Notes under the pieces: model-generated
The model's input: only the letters and a program-made list of their open reading frames with translations
Told to the model about the DNA's origin: nothing
The model's database searches: none
NCBI GenBank assembly: GCA_951406725.2
Contig: OX597825.1
Coordinates: 62,496,001-62,560,000, forward strand
Reading direction: 5' to 3'
Length of the DNA stretch: 64,000 nt
Origin: Octopus vulgaris
Taxonomy: Eukaryota
In this document: one piece after another, positions 1 to 12,080 of the stretch
Layout of the letters: the number at the start of each line of letters is the position of its first letter
Position numbering within the stretch: position 1 is the first letter of the stretch
Position numbers and translations under genes: made by a program

Positions 1-764
1 ACACAATATACATACATACAGTTAGCTTGTGCATAGATTCTTTCAACTTATTGGCATCGTTTGGCCTGGGTCTGTGATAGAAAACACTTGTCTACAGCAC
101 TACATAGTAGGGCTGAACTCCAAATCATATGATCATGAAGCTTAATTACACAGCCATATCTGTGCTTATAGTGTATATTTTATATTATATATTCTTTAAC
201 TTATACATGTCTAATTTTAATTACTGTTAAACAGTTATGGCTCATCTTGAAAAAACTTAGTTGTTAACTTAATAATTAAGTATGCAGTCATACAATCTTA
301 TCCTTATGTATTGTCAAGCTCAGTTATAATGAAAAATAGAAGAAAAAATACAAACAAAATCAGTAGAAGCAGTATTTTCCAAGAATTAATTACTCAAGCC
401 AATGAAAACAATTTGGACCTGAAATAGGGTTTTTATTTATTTATTTATTTATCTATTTTTTGTTTCACTCAGAACCTGAGAATGACATCCATTTATTACC
501 CTCATGTCAAGATTTTAAGATCCGTAGAATTTCCTGGTTTTTTCCAATAAAACAGCTCATGAGGAACGAGGCATTACTTTCAAAAATACATAGAAACTGG
601 GTTTTTTTTCTTCAAAATCACAATATTTTCTTAAAATTCTTCTGAAAATCTAATAAAATCTCAAAACTTCTGCTGACAAGTTACATCATTGTTTATGCCT
701 AATTTTCCATGAATTTGTGCTTCAATGATTTTCTTGAATGCTAAATCACAGGAAAATCAGAAGC

Positions 765-1340
765 TTAAGTTCCAATGATAATCCACTATCATAGGCAAGA
801 CCCATCTGCCTTAATAATTTTGTTCCATTGACATTATGTTCTGATGGAAACGTTCAGCCAGCTCATCACTTGTGTCTCCAAGACTTCCAGAGAATTTATC
901 AAAGTGCCTTTGGAGATAGTGCAGTTTTATGGTCATATTTTCTCTCAGCTTTTGAAAGTCCTCCTGCATATTGTTAACTATTTTGGCATGGATGGTTGCT
1001 TTCTTGTTGCCCAGAAAGTCATTTACAATTACTACAAATGTCCAATTACTACAATTACTACAATTGTCCAACTCCGTCCAACCGGTGCTAGCATGGAAAA
1101 CGGATGTTAAACGATGATGATGAGGAAGAAGAATACCACGCTGCTTCAATGCAGCACCATGGTATTCTTACAAAAACCCCATCTGTTCCCTATTCCAAAA
1201 TCCCCATTCTTACAAAATCCCCATCTTACAAAATCCCCAACTTACAAAATCCCCATCTGTCATCAATTTTATGATTTGAGACCCTTCAAATACTCCATCT
1301 TTTATCTTTCCTTTGCTCAGACTGAGAAATGTACTGCAGT
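765..1340 (-). mobile_element. Decayed Chapaev3-like (CMC superfamily) DNA transposase, C-terminal part, interrupted by an RTE tail (~1075-1125) and short local duplications
   Basis: Minus-strand translation gives ...FLSLSKGKIKDGVFEGSQIIKLMTDGDF..., then FLGNKKA...MTIKLHYLQRHFDKFSGSLGDTSDELAERFHQNIMSMEQNY*GRWVLPMIVDYHWNL. This matches the recalled family pattern 'KIKEGIFVGPQIR...KIHFLHSHLDFFP.NLGAVSDEQGERFHQDI..MEKRYQGRW...M.DYCW'. Confidence 0.7.
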
Positions 1341-1362
1341 TACAGTGTTAGCATAGCCCATA

Positions 1363-1882
1363 CCATAAATCTTCGAGTAAATTCTGCCCTTGAGTATAAC
1401 ATGCAGAGGATTTTTAGGGGGCTGTGCCTCTGAAAAACCTAAACCTTGTGTATAATATGCACCCCTTCTCGCAATTGAGTCAAGGAGGTCTATATAATGT
1501 CCTTGGTTTGTAAAAATGTATATGGTAAAATCCTTTATTATTATTATATATATAACATAATGCAAACTTGTAGCTTTTTTGTGTATTTTGTTTGCAGAAA
1601 ATAAAGAAATAACAGTAATAACAGTAATAACGTTTAATAAATGTTGCTTGCTGTAAGTTATGGATGATTCTTTTATGACTTCATTGCTTTCAGGCTTAAG
1701 TTAAGGTATGTTTGCACTCGACATCACAAAATGTGTCTGAATAAACATAGCCAGATAGCAAATAGAGACTCGCACATTGCTTAGAAAATAATTTTCATTT
1801 TTAACCTCGTATTTAGTATGCATTAGAGATTTTGACCTTTAAATTTTGGGGAAAAATGCGGATTATACTCGAGGATTTACGG
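1363..1882. mobile_element. MITE of Tc1/mariner-pogo type
   Basis: Terminal inverted repeats CCATAAATCTTCGAGTA (1363) and TACTCGAGGATTTACGG (to 1882), flanked by TA on both sides. No ORF. Confidence 0.7.
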
Positions 1883-2087
1883 TATTTATCCAGAGCTTTA
1901 ATGAAGTGCTTAGATATGGAGTGGAGGTAGGATGATTTTTTCCCATTTGAGCTAAAGTTTCTTTAAACACATTAAAAGATCCTGGAACTAATGTTCACTG
2001 CAGCTATTCTTTGATCACTCAATGTTTAACCCTGTTCTGTTGTCCCATATACATAAAAACCATGAGTATTTGGTGCATCCTCCTCAT

Positions 2088-2378
2088 GTGGAGGCACATG
2101 GCCTAGTGGTTAGAGCAGCAAACTGGCGGTCGAAGGATCGCAGGTTTGAATCTCAGACCGGCCGATGTGTGTATTTATGAGCGAAACACCTAAGCTCTAT
2201 TTGGCTCCGGAAGAAGATAATAGCGAACTTCTTTTGCCACAACTTTCTCTCACTCCTGTATCTTGCAGCTCACCTGCAATGGACTGGTGTCCCATCCAAG
2301 TGGGGAACCTATACGCCAAGGAAACCAGGAAACCGGCCTTTATGAGCCAGGCATGGCTTGAGAAGGAACAAACAACAA
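2088..2378 (+). mobile_element. tRNA-derived SINE, group B (head GGAGGC(A/G)CA(A)TGGCC(T/C)AGTGGTTAG)
   Basis: A box TGGCCTAGTGG and a B-box-like GGTTTGAATC. Near-identical copy at 10157-10455. The same head with other bodies occurs at 50829 and 55460. Confidence 0.8.
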
Positions 2379-3337
2379 CATATCCACCTCATTCCCCAGG
2401 AGAAAAGTAACCATCTTAAAGCGTATGCATGTCACCCACTGATGACTGAGAGATTTAGGTATCTTGAAATCTAGACATGATGATAAAAAACGGGTTCCAT
2501 TTTGGTTTCAGCAGATCAAAACCCCTTCAAATCAGGTAAAAACACCTTGACAACAAAATACCTGTTGGGTTGTGTTACGTTAATAATAATGTTGCAATTC
2601 AATTTCTGTTAGATTTTCTCTTAAACATTATTATTATTTGTTGCAAAGAACAATTCATTATTAGATAGCTTTCAGAAGTCAATGGTGTGAATAAAAAGCA
2701 GCTTAATTTCTAAATATTGTTTAAAAAATTCTTATTCATTGTAACAAACGATATGGATACTTCATGTTAAAGGAGCCATTTTTTTTTTTTTTTAATCAAT
2801 TATTCAAGATATTTAGAGCTTTGAATTTGCTGTTGAATTCCTCCTGAGTAGAATATACAAAAGCTGGAAATATGGTAAAACTAAAAGCAGAAACAAAAAT
2901 AAAATTGTAAAGAAATTCAGTAAATTAGCAATTCAGCTATTTCTTGCCTTTCCATATGCATAACAATAACAAGAGATGATGAGAGAAGTGACTGGTAATG
3001 TCATATTCCATATAAAAAAAAAATTAAATAAATAATGTTTTCTGCCTGAATAGCAACTTGAAATTTATTGTGTAAACTAAATGCCTGAATGGGTGGACAA
3101 AATAAATGGTTTAACAATGAATGAGCTCTATCTCAAGCTTACAGCACAAAAACCATCAAAAATAAATTTTCAATAGGATAGGTGTACGCGTGGCTGTGTG
3201 ATGAAGAAACTTGCTTCCTAAGCAAGTGACTTGAGGTTCAGTTTCAATGCATGTTACTTCTACATGAACAAATTCTTGTGAATAGATTTTGTTGAAAGAC
3301 ACTGAAAGAAGCTCATTCTATCTGTCTGTCTATCTGA

Positions 3338-3958
3338 TGAGTCGGTTTATCAGCCAAGTCTATCGTCAATATCGTCACGCCTCCTTCCTTCAAACAGGAA
3401 GGAAGAGCTATTTTCATCATCCTTGTGGCTATGGCAAAAGAATGTATCTGGTGGACGCGTCTGAAAGGATTAGAGACAAACACTTTCCTCTCTGGTCAAT
3501 CTCTCATCAACTTCTTCAAGTATCACTTGTAAAGGAAAGTGAGAGTAGAGAGGCAAGTTTTGTCTAGCAAATGTTTCAAAAAAAGATGGGTGGATGTAGC
3601 AAGGATGGCACATATGAATGACGAAGCCACCTTGTGCATAATCCTATGAACCCGGAAAAATTTAAAACAGAGAGTTACTTACTTGCAAATAAATGTGTTA
3701 ACATGTGACATTATTGACTGAGGTTACCGTGGTCTTTTCCGTAGGCTTTTCTTTCCATGGATAAACCTCATCTGTTTCCCCCTTTACACTTTACATCATG
3801 ACATTTCTGTGATACCCGATCCCTATTGATCGTTTTTTTTAATGATCCCATTTGATTGAAAACCTACCCCTTGTTTTTTTTTTTTTCTCCCCCAAAAGAA
3901 AAGTTCCACTTTGTAATTTGTCCCCTCTGTGTTCAGCCTTGTGTGGCTGATAAAGAAG
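3338..3958 (+). mobile_element. 5'-truncated Tx1/L1-clade non-LTR retrotransposon (ORF2 C-terminus plus 3' UTR), inserted in the central microsatellite of an old group A SINE (3180-4437)
   Basis: Frame reads LSAKSIVNIVTPPSFKQEGRAIFIILVAMAKECIWWTRLKGLETNTFLSGQSLINFFKYHL*RKVRVERQVLSSKCFKKRWVDVARM...IIL* (stop 3647-3649). This resembles the Tx1 ORF2 end ('AK..IW.TR...F...R.R.E...F..RW'). The 3' UTR ends at TAAAGAAGCA, directly before (TCTA)n. Confidence 0.65.
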
Positions 3959-3960
3959 CA

Positions 3961-4049
<89 letters not shown>

Positions 4050-4079
4050 ATCTATCTATCTGTCTACCTACCTACCTAC

Positions 4080-4152
<73 letters not shown>

Positions 4153-4185
4153 CATCTATCTATCTATCTTTCTATCTATCTTTCG
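3961..4185. repeat. (TCTA)n tetranucleotide microsatellite
   Basis: Directly visible. It produces the spurious YLSI ORFs. Confidence 0.98.
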
Positions 4186-4599
4186 ATGTGAGTGGTCATT
4201 GTGTTTGTGTCTGTGTATGGATATGTATGTGTGTGTTTGTCCCCATACTGCTTGATAATCCATGTTGTCTGTTCACATTCCTGGGACATAGTGGCTTGCC
4301 AAAAGAACCCATGTGCCGAGTGACAGATTTAAGCATCAAAAAAGACTAAGCACAAATTTTTCACTATTCATTGAGGTTGTGCTCCTGCATGGCCACACAA
4401 TAGTTCAGTCACTGAAACAAGTACAAATAAAAGAATGCATGTGTGTCTGATAATTGGATATAGTTAACCAAATTCACTTGAAACTGAGTGCTTTATTGAT
4501 ATCTGCCTGGATTTTTTAATCCCTTCTTTCTTCTGATATATATATAAATATATAGATATGTCCCCACATACAACATACACACACATATATATGTGTGTG

Positions 4600-4634
<35 letters not shown>

Positions 4635-4662
4635 TTGTGTGTGTGTGTATATATATATATAT

Positions 4663-4714
<52 letters not shown>

Positions 4715-4747
4715 GCATGTATGTATGTTTGTCCTGCAGTGTGTGTA

Positions 4748-5301
4748 CACTGCAGGGCAAAATCTTAAGACCAGGGCAAAAACTACTGAAATTAATTCCA
4801 TGCAGACCGATATATTCCACTATTTTTCATTATAGATTCATTATTGGCAAATAGAAAAGGATATACAGACACCTAAAGAAATGTTTAATATTTAATGCTC
4901 AAAATATGCATTGTTTGGAAACTAGCAATATTTTACCTGGTCAAAAGTTTAAAACCATAACAAATAATAAAAAAAAAAAACAATGAATAAATAGTAAACA
5001 AAGGGGATCAATAGTTTGTAGCTGAGGTGAAGACTGCCTGATGAAGAGTATCCACAATCTCAAATTGCATTCCATTTTTGTAAACATCTCTTGCCATCCA
5101 TCCCCGAGGACTTTCGATGGGATGTAGGTCAAGAGAACATGAAACATCATTCAAATGATAAATGTTATTTATTCTGAAGAAATCCTTTGGCTTACAAGCA
5201 TTATGGATTGTAGCATTATTTTGTTGATAAATCCAGTCTTCTCCACACAAACGATGTATTCTAGCCATGTTTATTTCATTTTTCTGGCAGTTGTATTGCA
5301 T
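4748..5301 (-). mobile_element. Tc1/Tc3-like transposase relic (C-terminal catalytic region and 3' end)
   Basis: WIYQQNNATIH...SLDLHPIESPRGWMARDVYKNGMQF corresponds to the Tc1 motif 'FQQDNA.IH...SPDLNPIENLWG.MAR.VY.NG.QF'. Putative terminus TA|CACTGCAGGGCAAAA at 4748. Confidence 0.8.
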
Positions 5302-6846
5302 CCTGGACTATTTTATCCAATGTTCTCAAGGCCAAAAGTGTGATGTTTGGATAATATTCAATATCTTAGGTGGTCAAGCTCAGGAAACCAGCTGGTATGC
5401 CTAATAATATTACATATGGTGATAGGACGTTATGAAGAAGCTGCTTGAGAACTCAACCACCATTCCTTGCAGGAATAATGGATGGAAAAGATAAATTGAT
5501 GAATTATTGTAGACTATAACTTAAGGAAGATTTCTAGTATTTTGAATGAGTGTCTCATATGTAACAACTAGTATTTATAGATGATATACATAAATATATC
5601 TTTAAAAATATCTATTAGATATACAGTATGTATTATGGTGATACTAACACTTGAAGTAAAGTGCAAAAGTGTTGCCGCACTTAGCGTTAACTTTAAACTT
5701 ACTAATCTTCACTTTACGATAAGTTCTTCTTGCATTCACAGAAATTATATTAACTGATCCACAACGCTTGTCTTGTGAATTTTAAGAGAATATACCTGAG
5801 GTTTTTCAACCAATATATTTCCAGACAATATATTTAAACCAATGATCTTCAAATCTTTCACCTATGCAGCCAAGATGTCTCTTCTATATATGTTTCAGTA
5901 AGATAAGCATATTACATTTTATTTGATACATAATTGTTCTCTTCTTGCAGCTGATATGTAGATAATAGTACATTACGTATAGCAATTTGTTCTACATATA
6001 TCTTATAAAATATTAAGATTTACAATTAATAAATCCATTTATTTTGGAGATCTACATGTCTGATAAGTGATTTGATCTGAGACTATAATGAAACTAAAGC
6101 AATTACAATGTAGGAGACACATATTAAACATCTAAAGCCACACAAAACCTGTAAATTTTATTCAATCATTTATCTTCTCGTGTCAAAAATCTTAGTGAAA
6201 CTAAACAGCTTTTGTGTATGTTTAAATGCCATGTATGGGTTTACCATACTGTAATTGCAATCCGTTTGTTTCTTTTAAAACTTTGATACAGAGATTTGAT
6301 TCTTGTAAGAGTTTCTTAATCTGATTATTTATAACACTCTTGGCTACGACTCCTATATACATAACATTATAGAGTTTAACACCATTGTGTTTTGTATAAA
6401 CCTCAAATACCTCTATTCCCAAATTTGTTTACAGACACAACTTACATTTTATCGATGTCATGATCTAACATGTTGTCAAACCATTTCTTCAGTTTTACAG
6501 TAATACCTTGAATTCATTAATAAAATTTTGGAGCTATTTCCACTGTTCATGGGTTGAGAGAGCTGTGATACATTCCTTGTTACTGTTCCAAGATTAGATA
6601 TTAAAATGTTCATTTTGATTTATTTCTTTATAAGTTGTACTTAGGGACAGATAGGTAAATATTAAATAGAAGAGATATAAGACATATTCTATGCAAATTT
6701 TATAGACTCAGGAATGGTTGTGTGTTCCAAAATATAGTTTTGGGTTCAGTCACACTGTACAGCAGCTCAAGCAAGCATCTTCTATTTTGGACACAGGGGA
6801 AACAAAGACTTGTGATTAGATTTGATAGATGGAAACTGAAAATGTC

Positions 6847-6916
<70 letters not shown>

Positions 6917-6937
6917 GCATACATATATATACATACA

Positions 6938-6983
<46 letters not shown>

Positions 6984-7109
6984 CATGCATATATATATAT
7001 ATATTTTAGAATTAAGGATAAAATCACTGACAGTTTTATCAAGTGGCCAACATGAAATAAAAATCTTATAGGTAACATTTTATACTAAATTATAATTATA
7101 TAAAAAATA

Positions 7110-8040
7110 TTAAAGGGTGCAGATTAACCCCACCATCACGTTAGAAATAGACACCAAATAGTTTTAAAACCACTTTAATACTCCATTAGCACAGGCTGTA
7201 GGTGGACAGATGAAAAAATGAATAAGATTTTCTGATTAAATGTAAATCGATTTCAAACTTAGTGTTATAAAACACCCTGTTATCATCAGTACAATATGTT
7301 GAAATATATATATGTAAATATCTATACATACCCATATGAAAACCATAATTACATAACCATATACATACATTTACATGTATACACTAGTAAAAAGTACAAT
7401 TTTTCATCTCATCTCAACCAGGTGTATTTTTTTATCAAAATAATCTCCCAGCAAATTCAATTTGATCAGGAGCAAAAAAATATATATTTTTGATATGGAT
7501 TTAAGGATAAAATCTCTTTAAAGATTTTATCAAGTGGCCAGAGTGAAATAGAAACCTTATAGTATAAAATATGTTACCTATAAGGTTTTATTTCATGCTG
7601 GCCACTTGATAAAATCATTATAGTGATTTTATCCTTAATTCTATATTAAAAATATATACTTTTTTGCTCCTGATCAAACTGCATTTGCTGCGAGATTATT
7701 TTGATAAAAAAAATGTATGTGTTTGATATGAGAAGAAAAATATTTTTTTTTTACTAGTGTCTACATGTAAATGTATGTACATGGCTATGTGAATATTGTG
7801 TTTGTATGGGTATGTATAGATATTTGCATATAAATATATATATATACTTCGACGTATTCTACTGATGATAACAGGCTGTTTTATAACACTAAGTTTGAAA
7901 TAAGTTTACATTTAATCAGAAAATCTTATTCATCTTTCATCTGCCCGTCTACAACATGTGCTAATGGAATATTGAAGTGGTTATAAAACTATTTAGTGTC
8001 TATTTCTAGCATGTTAGTAGGGTTAATCCACAGCCTTTAA
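7110..8040. repeat. ~930 bp imperfect palindrome (two ~450 bp inverted arms, 15-nt spacer), plus a third partial copy at 7007-7086
   Basis: 7108-7562 is the reverse complement of 7578-8043, e.g. TAGAAATAGACAC/GTGTCTATTTCTA, TTTGATCAGGAGCAAAAAA/TTTTTTGCTCCTGATCAAA and ATCAAGTGGCCAG/CTGGCCACTTGAT. Both outer ends read TTAA|AGG. Confidence 0.92.
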
Positions 8041-8184
8041 TATAATTATATATATATATATACGTATTTCTTTTACTTGTTTCAGTCATTTGACTTCGGC
8101 CATGCTGGAGCACCACCTTTAGTCAAGCAGATAGACCCCAGAGCTTATTCTCTGTAAGCCTAGTACTTATTCTATCAGTCTCTT

Positions 8185-8485
8185 ATTGAACACCTCTGGG
8201 GCATGATGGACAGGAGACTTCATAACAAGAACAAGAAAGCATCTTCAAAGCCAGATCTTTTGAGATTATTGCATGAAACTTGGCAAGAAATTCCTCAAGA
8301 GAATATTCACCATCTGATCAGTAGCATGCCTAATAGGGTCCTTGCATTGAAAACTGTAAGGGGTATATCTACTAAATATTAAATATTCACATTATAGCAA
8401 TTAATAAATAATTTTAATACATAATTTCAGATTTATATAAATTCTAATGATTATAAGGGTGTCTATTTACTTCTGTCACGCCTTG
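8185..8485 (+). mobile_element. Tc1 transposase C-terminal fragment and 3' end
   Basis: 8185-8382 translates uninterrupted as IEHLWGMMDRRLHNKNKKASSKPDLLRLLHETWQEIPQENIHHLISSMPNRVLALKTVRGISTKY*, a typical Tc1 'IENLW...W..IP...I..L..SMP.R...G..TKY' end. Confidence 0.88.
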
Positions 8486-8499
8486 TGAGTGTGTGTGTA

Positions 8500-8725
8500 T
8501 CATCATCATCATCATCATCATTTAGCGTCCGCTTTCCATGCTAGCATGGGTTGGACGGTTCAACTGGGGTCTGTGAAGCCGGAAGGCTGCATCAGGCCCA
8601 GTCTGATCTGGCAGTATTTCTATGGCTGGATGCCCTTCCTAACGCCAACCACTCCGTGAGTGTAGTGGGTGCTTTTTACGTGCCACCCGCACAGGTGCCA
8701 GACGGAACTGGCAAACGGCCACGGA
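8500..8725 (-). mobile_element. 5'-truncated RTE LINE 3' UTR. Further copies at ~22955-23175, 30835-31020, 36425-36480 and 41725-41895 (minus) and ~52010-52200 (plus)
   Basis: Shares GTGGTTGGCGTTAGGAAGGGCATCCAGC...CATGCTAGCATGGAAAGCGGACG(T/C)TAAA(C/T)GATGATG with the 3' UTR of the RTE fragment at 24585-25240. Confidence 0.8.
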
Positions 8726-8827
8726 CGGATATATATATATATATATGTATGTATGTATATATGTGTGTGTATGTGTGTATATGTATGAATATATAAGTGC
8801 ATGTCTCTATATGTATGTATATATATA

Positions 8828-8864
<37 letters not shown>

Positions 8865-9095
8865 GTATGCATTATACACATCTGTGTTTCTCTGCGTGTT
8901 TAGTTTGTTTTTCCTTGCCTGACATTACATGGTAATGTCATTTATTTCTAGTGTTCTGGGAAACATATCTAGCCATAGAAAATTATTTTTATGCTTGGAA
9001 ACAGGTGAGGGTTGGCAACAGCAAGGGCATCAAGTCATCGAAAATTTACATTAACTCTGTTCAGCTCATACAAGCATAGAAAAATGTTTGTTAAA

Positions 9096-9425
9096 ATGAT
9101 TATGTTGCTAATGATGACTGTAATGATGGCTGTGATGATGATAATGATGATGATGACGACGATAACGATGATGACGTTGATGGTGATGATGATAATGACG
9201 AGGATGTTGATGATGAGATGGAGGAGGGAGAGGAGGAAATTTACGATGATGGTGATATCAGTTGTGGTATTGATGGTGGAAGTGATGTAATTACGGTTGT
9301 ATAGTGATGGTACTGATGAAGGTGATATTGATGATAACAATGATGATGATGATGATGATGATCATGATGATGATGATATGATGATGCTGATGATGATGAG
9401 ATGATGATGATGATGATGATGACAT
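9096..9425. repeat. Degenerate (GAT)n array following an RTE-type tail
   Basis: Begins right after CAAGCATAGAAAAATGTTTGTTAAAATGAT. Confidence 0.9.
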
Positions 9426-10156
9426 CACCAAACATCATTCACATTACATATTCTTTCGTATTTACGTATATAATTTGCCTATTTGCTGAACAATTTACAG
9501 CTGATCTCTCCACCGAAAATATCTTCCTCAAAACCATTCACCAAATATAGCAGTCTGATACTTACCAGGCATGGTTTTGCTATGGACATCACTGATGTCA
9601 TCCATCAAATTGCATGTGTTACCTGATCAATAAATATAATTGATGGCTGCTCACTTTCTATGTTCTTCTATCTAAATGGTCCTCTTCAAAATATTCCATA
9701 GCCAGCATTTTTATAGTTTTTCAAGTTGTAACTGTAGATTTCATAGCTCCCTTATGAGATTAAAGAAATTTGCCAGTATAACTTGATTACATCCATATCT
9801 GTAAAGTTTATCACATAAGAGCACAGCATTCTTGGCTATTTTATTTAAATTATCAGCGAAACTAATAACAACAGAAGCAATGAGAATACAACAAAAATGA
9901 TGATAATGTTTTCAAATTTAGATGCAGTTCCAGCAATTTTAAGGAGAGAGTTCAGTTTATGATATCAACCTCAGTACTTGAAAGTAGCATTCAAGTACTT
10001 TCTTTTGTATCTTTAGAACTGAAAATACAGCTGAAGCACAAACTGTAAGTGTCAGACAAGCTACTGGCTATACATTTATGCTCCAGTGCATAGGTCAACG
10101 AAACACAGGCGTGTCAATAAGAGACATAGTAAACAATGTAGAGCCAAAGCTAGTAG

Positions 10157-10455
10157 TGGAGGCACATGGCCAAGTAGTTAGAGCAACGGACTCGCAGTGG
10201 AGGGATTGTGAGTTCAAATCTCAGATCAGGTGATGTGTGTGTTTATGAGCGAAACACCTAAGCTCCACGCGGCTCCAGCAGAAGGTAATGGCAAAACTTC
10301 TGTTGACTCTTTTGCCACAACTTTCTCTCACTCTTTCCTCCTGCATCTTGCAGCTCACCTGCGATGGACTGGCATCCCATCGAGGTGGGGAAGCTATATG
10401 CTAAGGAAACCGGGAAACCAGCCCTCATGAGCCAGGCGTGGCTCGAGAAGGAACA
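10157..10455 (+). mobile_element. tRNA-derived SINE, group B
   Basis: Colinear with 2088-2378 (GTTTATGAGCGAAACACCTAAGCTC...GGAAACC...GAGAAGGAACAA). Confidence 0.8.
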
Positions 10456-11681
10456 ATAGCAAGTAGTGACTTTTGTGTCCCATTATAGGACAGTGATCAA
10501 GGAAGGATCACCATCGAGGGTAGTCAGAATGGTCTTGGCACTCAAAGTTCACAGAGTCATACTGAAACTGTGCCTCACAGAGAGCATTGAGATTAATGGC
10601 ATGAAATTAATGGCACAGAGTAGAAAATTTAGATATTCCATTTGTCAAAGTAGAAGACTTGTTAGATCTGAAATTTGGACGAACTAGAAAGATAAAGCAA
10701 AACATGGAAAACAAAAATAATGGAAAATTAACAGTAATAATTATAACAAACTCCATATTCAGAAGTGCCATCAGCCAAAACTTTGAGGAAGACAAATGAA
10801 GATGCAATAATAAAACTATGAAAATAGAAAAAATAAGATTAATTTTTTCCAAGTGAAGATGGCACCCTTCCTCTGGGGAATAATGAAGAAATTTTACAGA
10901 ATGATGATAGACGAAAATTCAGTCCTCCAAAAATCAAGCAAGCAAATGCATCTTCAGTGTCAAGAACATTCCAAAGCTAGAACAAAAAAAATGTGGTTAT
11001 GTTTAATACATAAAGAGCATGCAAAAGATAGATTATGAATAAAAGTAAAATTAAGATTTTGCATTAAACTTGGGAAAGGTTACCCCCAAGATAATTTCTT
11101 TTTCAGCTCCAAATATCTAGGTGAAATGCCTGATGACGTATTCGGTTGCACTCGATCCTAAATTTGAAGAGAGCAAACTGAACTGAACTAGTAACAATTC
11201 ATGTTTAATTACCTGTAATTAAATCATGTTTTAATGTTTTATGTATTATTGTATATTTATTATTATTTGCATGCAAAAATGTGTGAGTGTATGTACACAT
11301 ATGTACAAGGTGGTATCAAAAAGTATCTGGAGAAGTTATTTTAAAAAATAATTTATTTACATAAGTTTTAACATAATCTTATTCGAAATAATCAGTTGCA
11401 CAGCAATACACTGGTTCCAGCATTTCTGCCACTTTTGGAATTTGGCCTGGAAGTCGTTTTCTGTAAGCAAGCCAAGGACCTTCTGTGATTCATTCAGGAT
11501 TTTGACAACGGGGAATAGGGCAGGTGTGGAAGCAATGCCATGTATTTTGGAGAGAAACTCACAAGTGAGGAGAGTTCAGTGAAGAATCCAGTTTTTGGTG
11601 CTCCACAGATTGGGTCACTTTCACCAAATGTTAATATTGATTGAATTCTGCATTATTTCTATTATTATTATCATTATTATT

Positions 11682-11885
11682 AGGGCAGAAAGCTGGCAGA
11701 ATTGTGAGCTTGCTGGATGAAATGCTTAGAAGTATTTCACCTGAGTTCAAATTCCGTTGAGGTCGACTTTACCTTTCATCCGTTCGGGGTGGATAAATTA
11801 AGTACCAGTTGAGTACTGGGGTCAATGTAATTGACTAGTCCCTTCCCCCAAATTCAGGCCTTATGCCTATAGTAGAAAGGATTAT
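11682..11885 (+). mobile_element. Group C SINE with the alternative tail (CCCCAAATT...GGCCTT(A/G)TGCCT...TAGAAAGGATT)
   Basis: Core GAGTTCAAATTCCG..GAGGTCGACTTT.CCTTTCATCC.TTCGGGGT.GATAAATTAAGTACCAG. Similar older copies at ~20545-20760, 29355-29560, 49535-49730 and 59815-60030. Confidence 0.75.
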
Positions 11886-11889
11886 TATT

Positions 11890-12080
11890 GTTACCTCTGC
11901 CTTAGTGAAGGCAGAGGTATTGTTTTCAGTCGTGTTTGTTTGTTTGTCCGTGGACAAGATATCTCAAGAACTGCTGGATGGATTCAGATGGAACTTCCAA
12001 TGATGTTTGGCCTTGTGACTGGCACGAACTGATTAGATTTTGGAATCGATCCGGTACCAGACAAAGATTCTGGATTATTT
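11890..12080 (+). mobile_element. DINE-1/HINE-like non-autonomous (Helentron-associated) element, 5' part
   Basis: TTACCTCTGCCTT-AGTG-AAGGCAGAGGTA hairpin, then (GTTT)n-GTCCGT and ATATCTCAAGAACTGCTGGATGGATT...GGAACTT. This is the architecture I recall for DINE-1-like elements. Confidence 0.55.

Noticed and set aside
2432-2482. Hammerhead-like CTGATGA...GAAATCTAGA; similar partial motifs near 21560-21590 and 52495-52525
   Set aside because: The cleavage triplet or core and stem I are not intact. At best these are very decayed Penelope remnants.
6222-6600. 66-aa minus-strand ORF and an adjacent coding-looking stretch with a GTAAGT donor at ~6441
   Set aside because: Stops or frameshifts in all frames upstream and no recognisable family.
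10590-11040. Possible very old RTE reverse transcriptase fragment (INGMKL...KFRY...SEI; TLRKTNED)
   Set aside because: Similarity is too patchy to support without a search.
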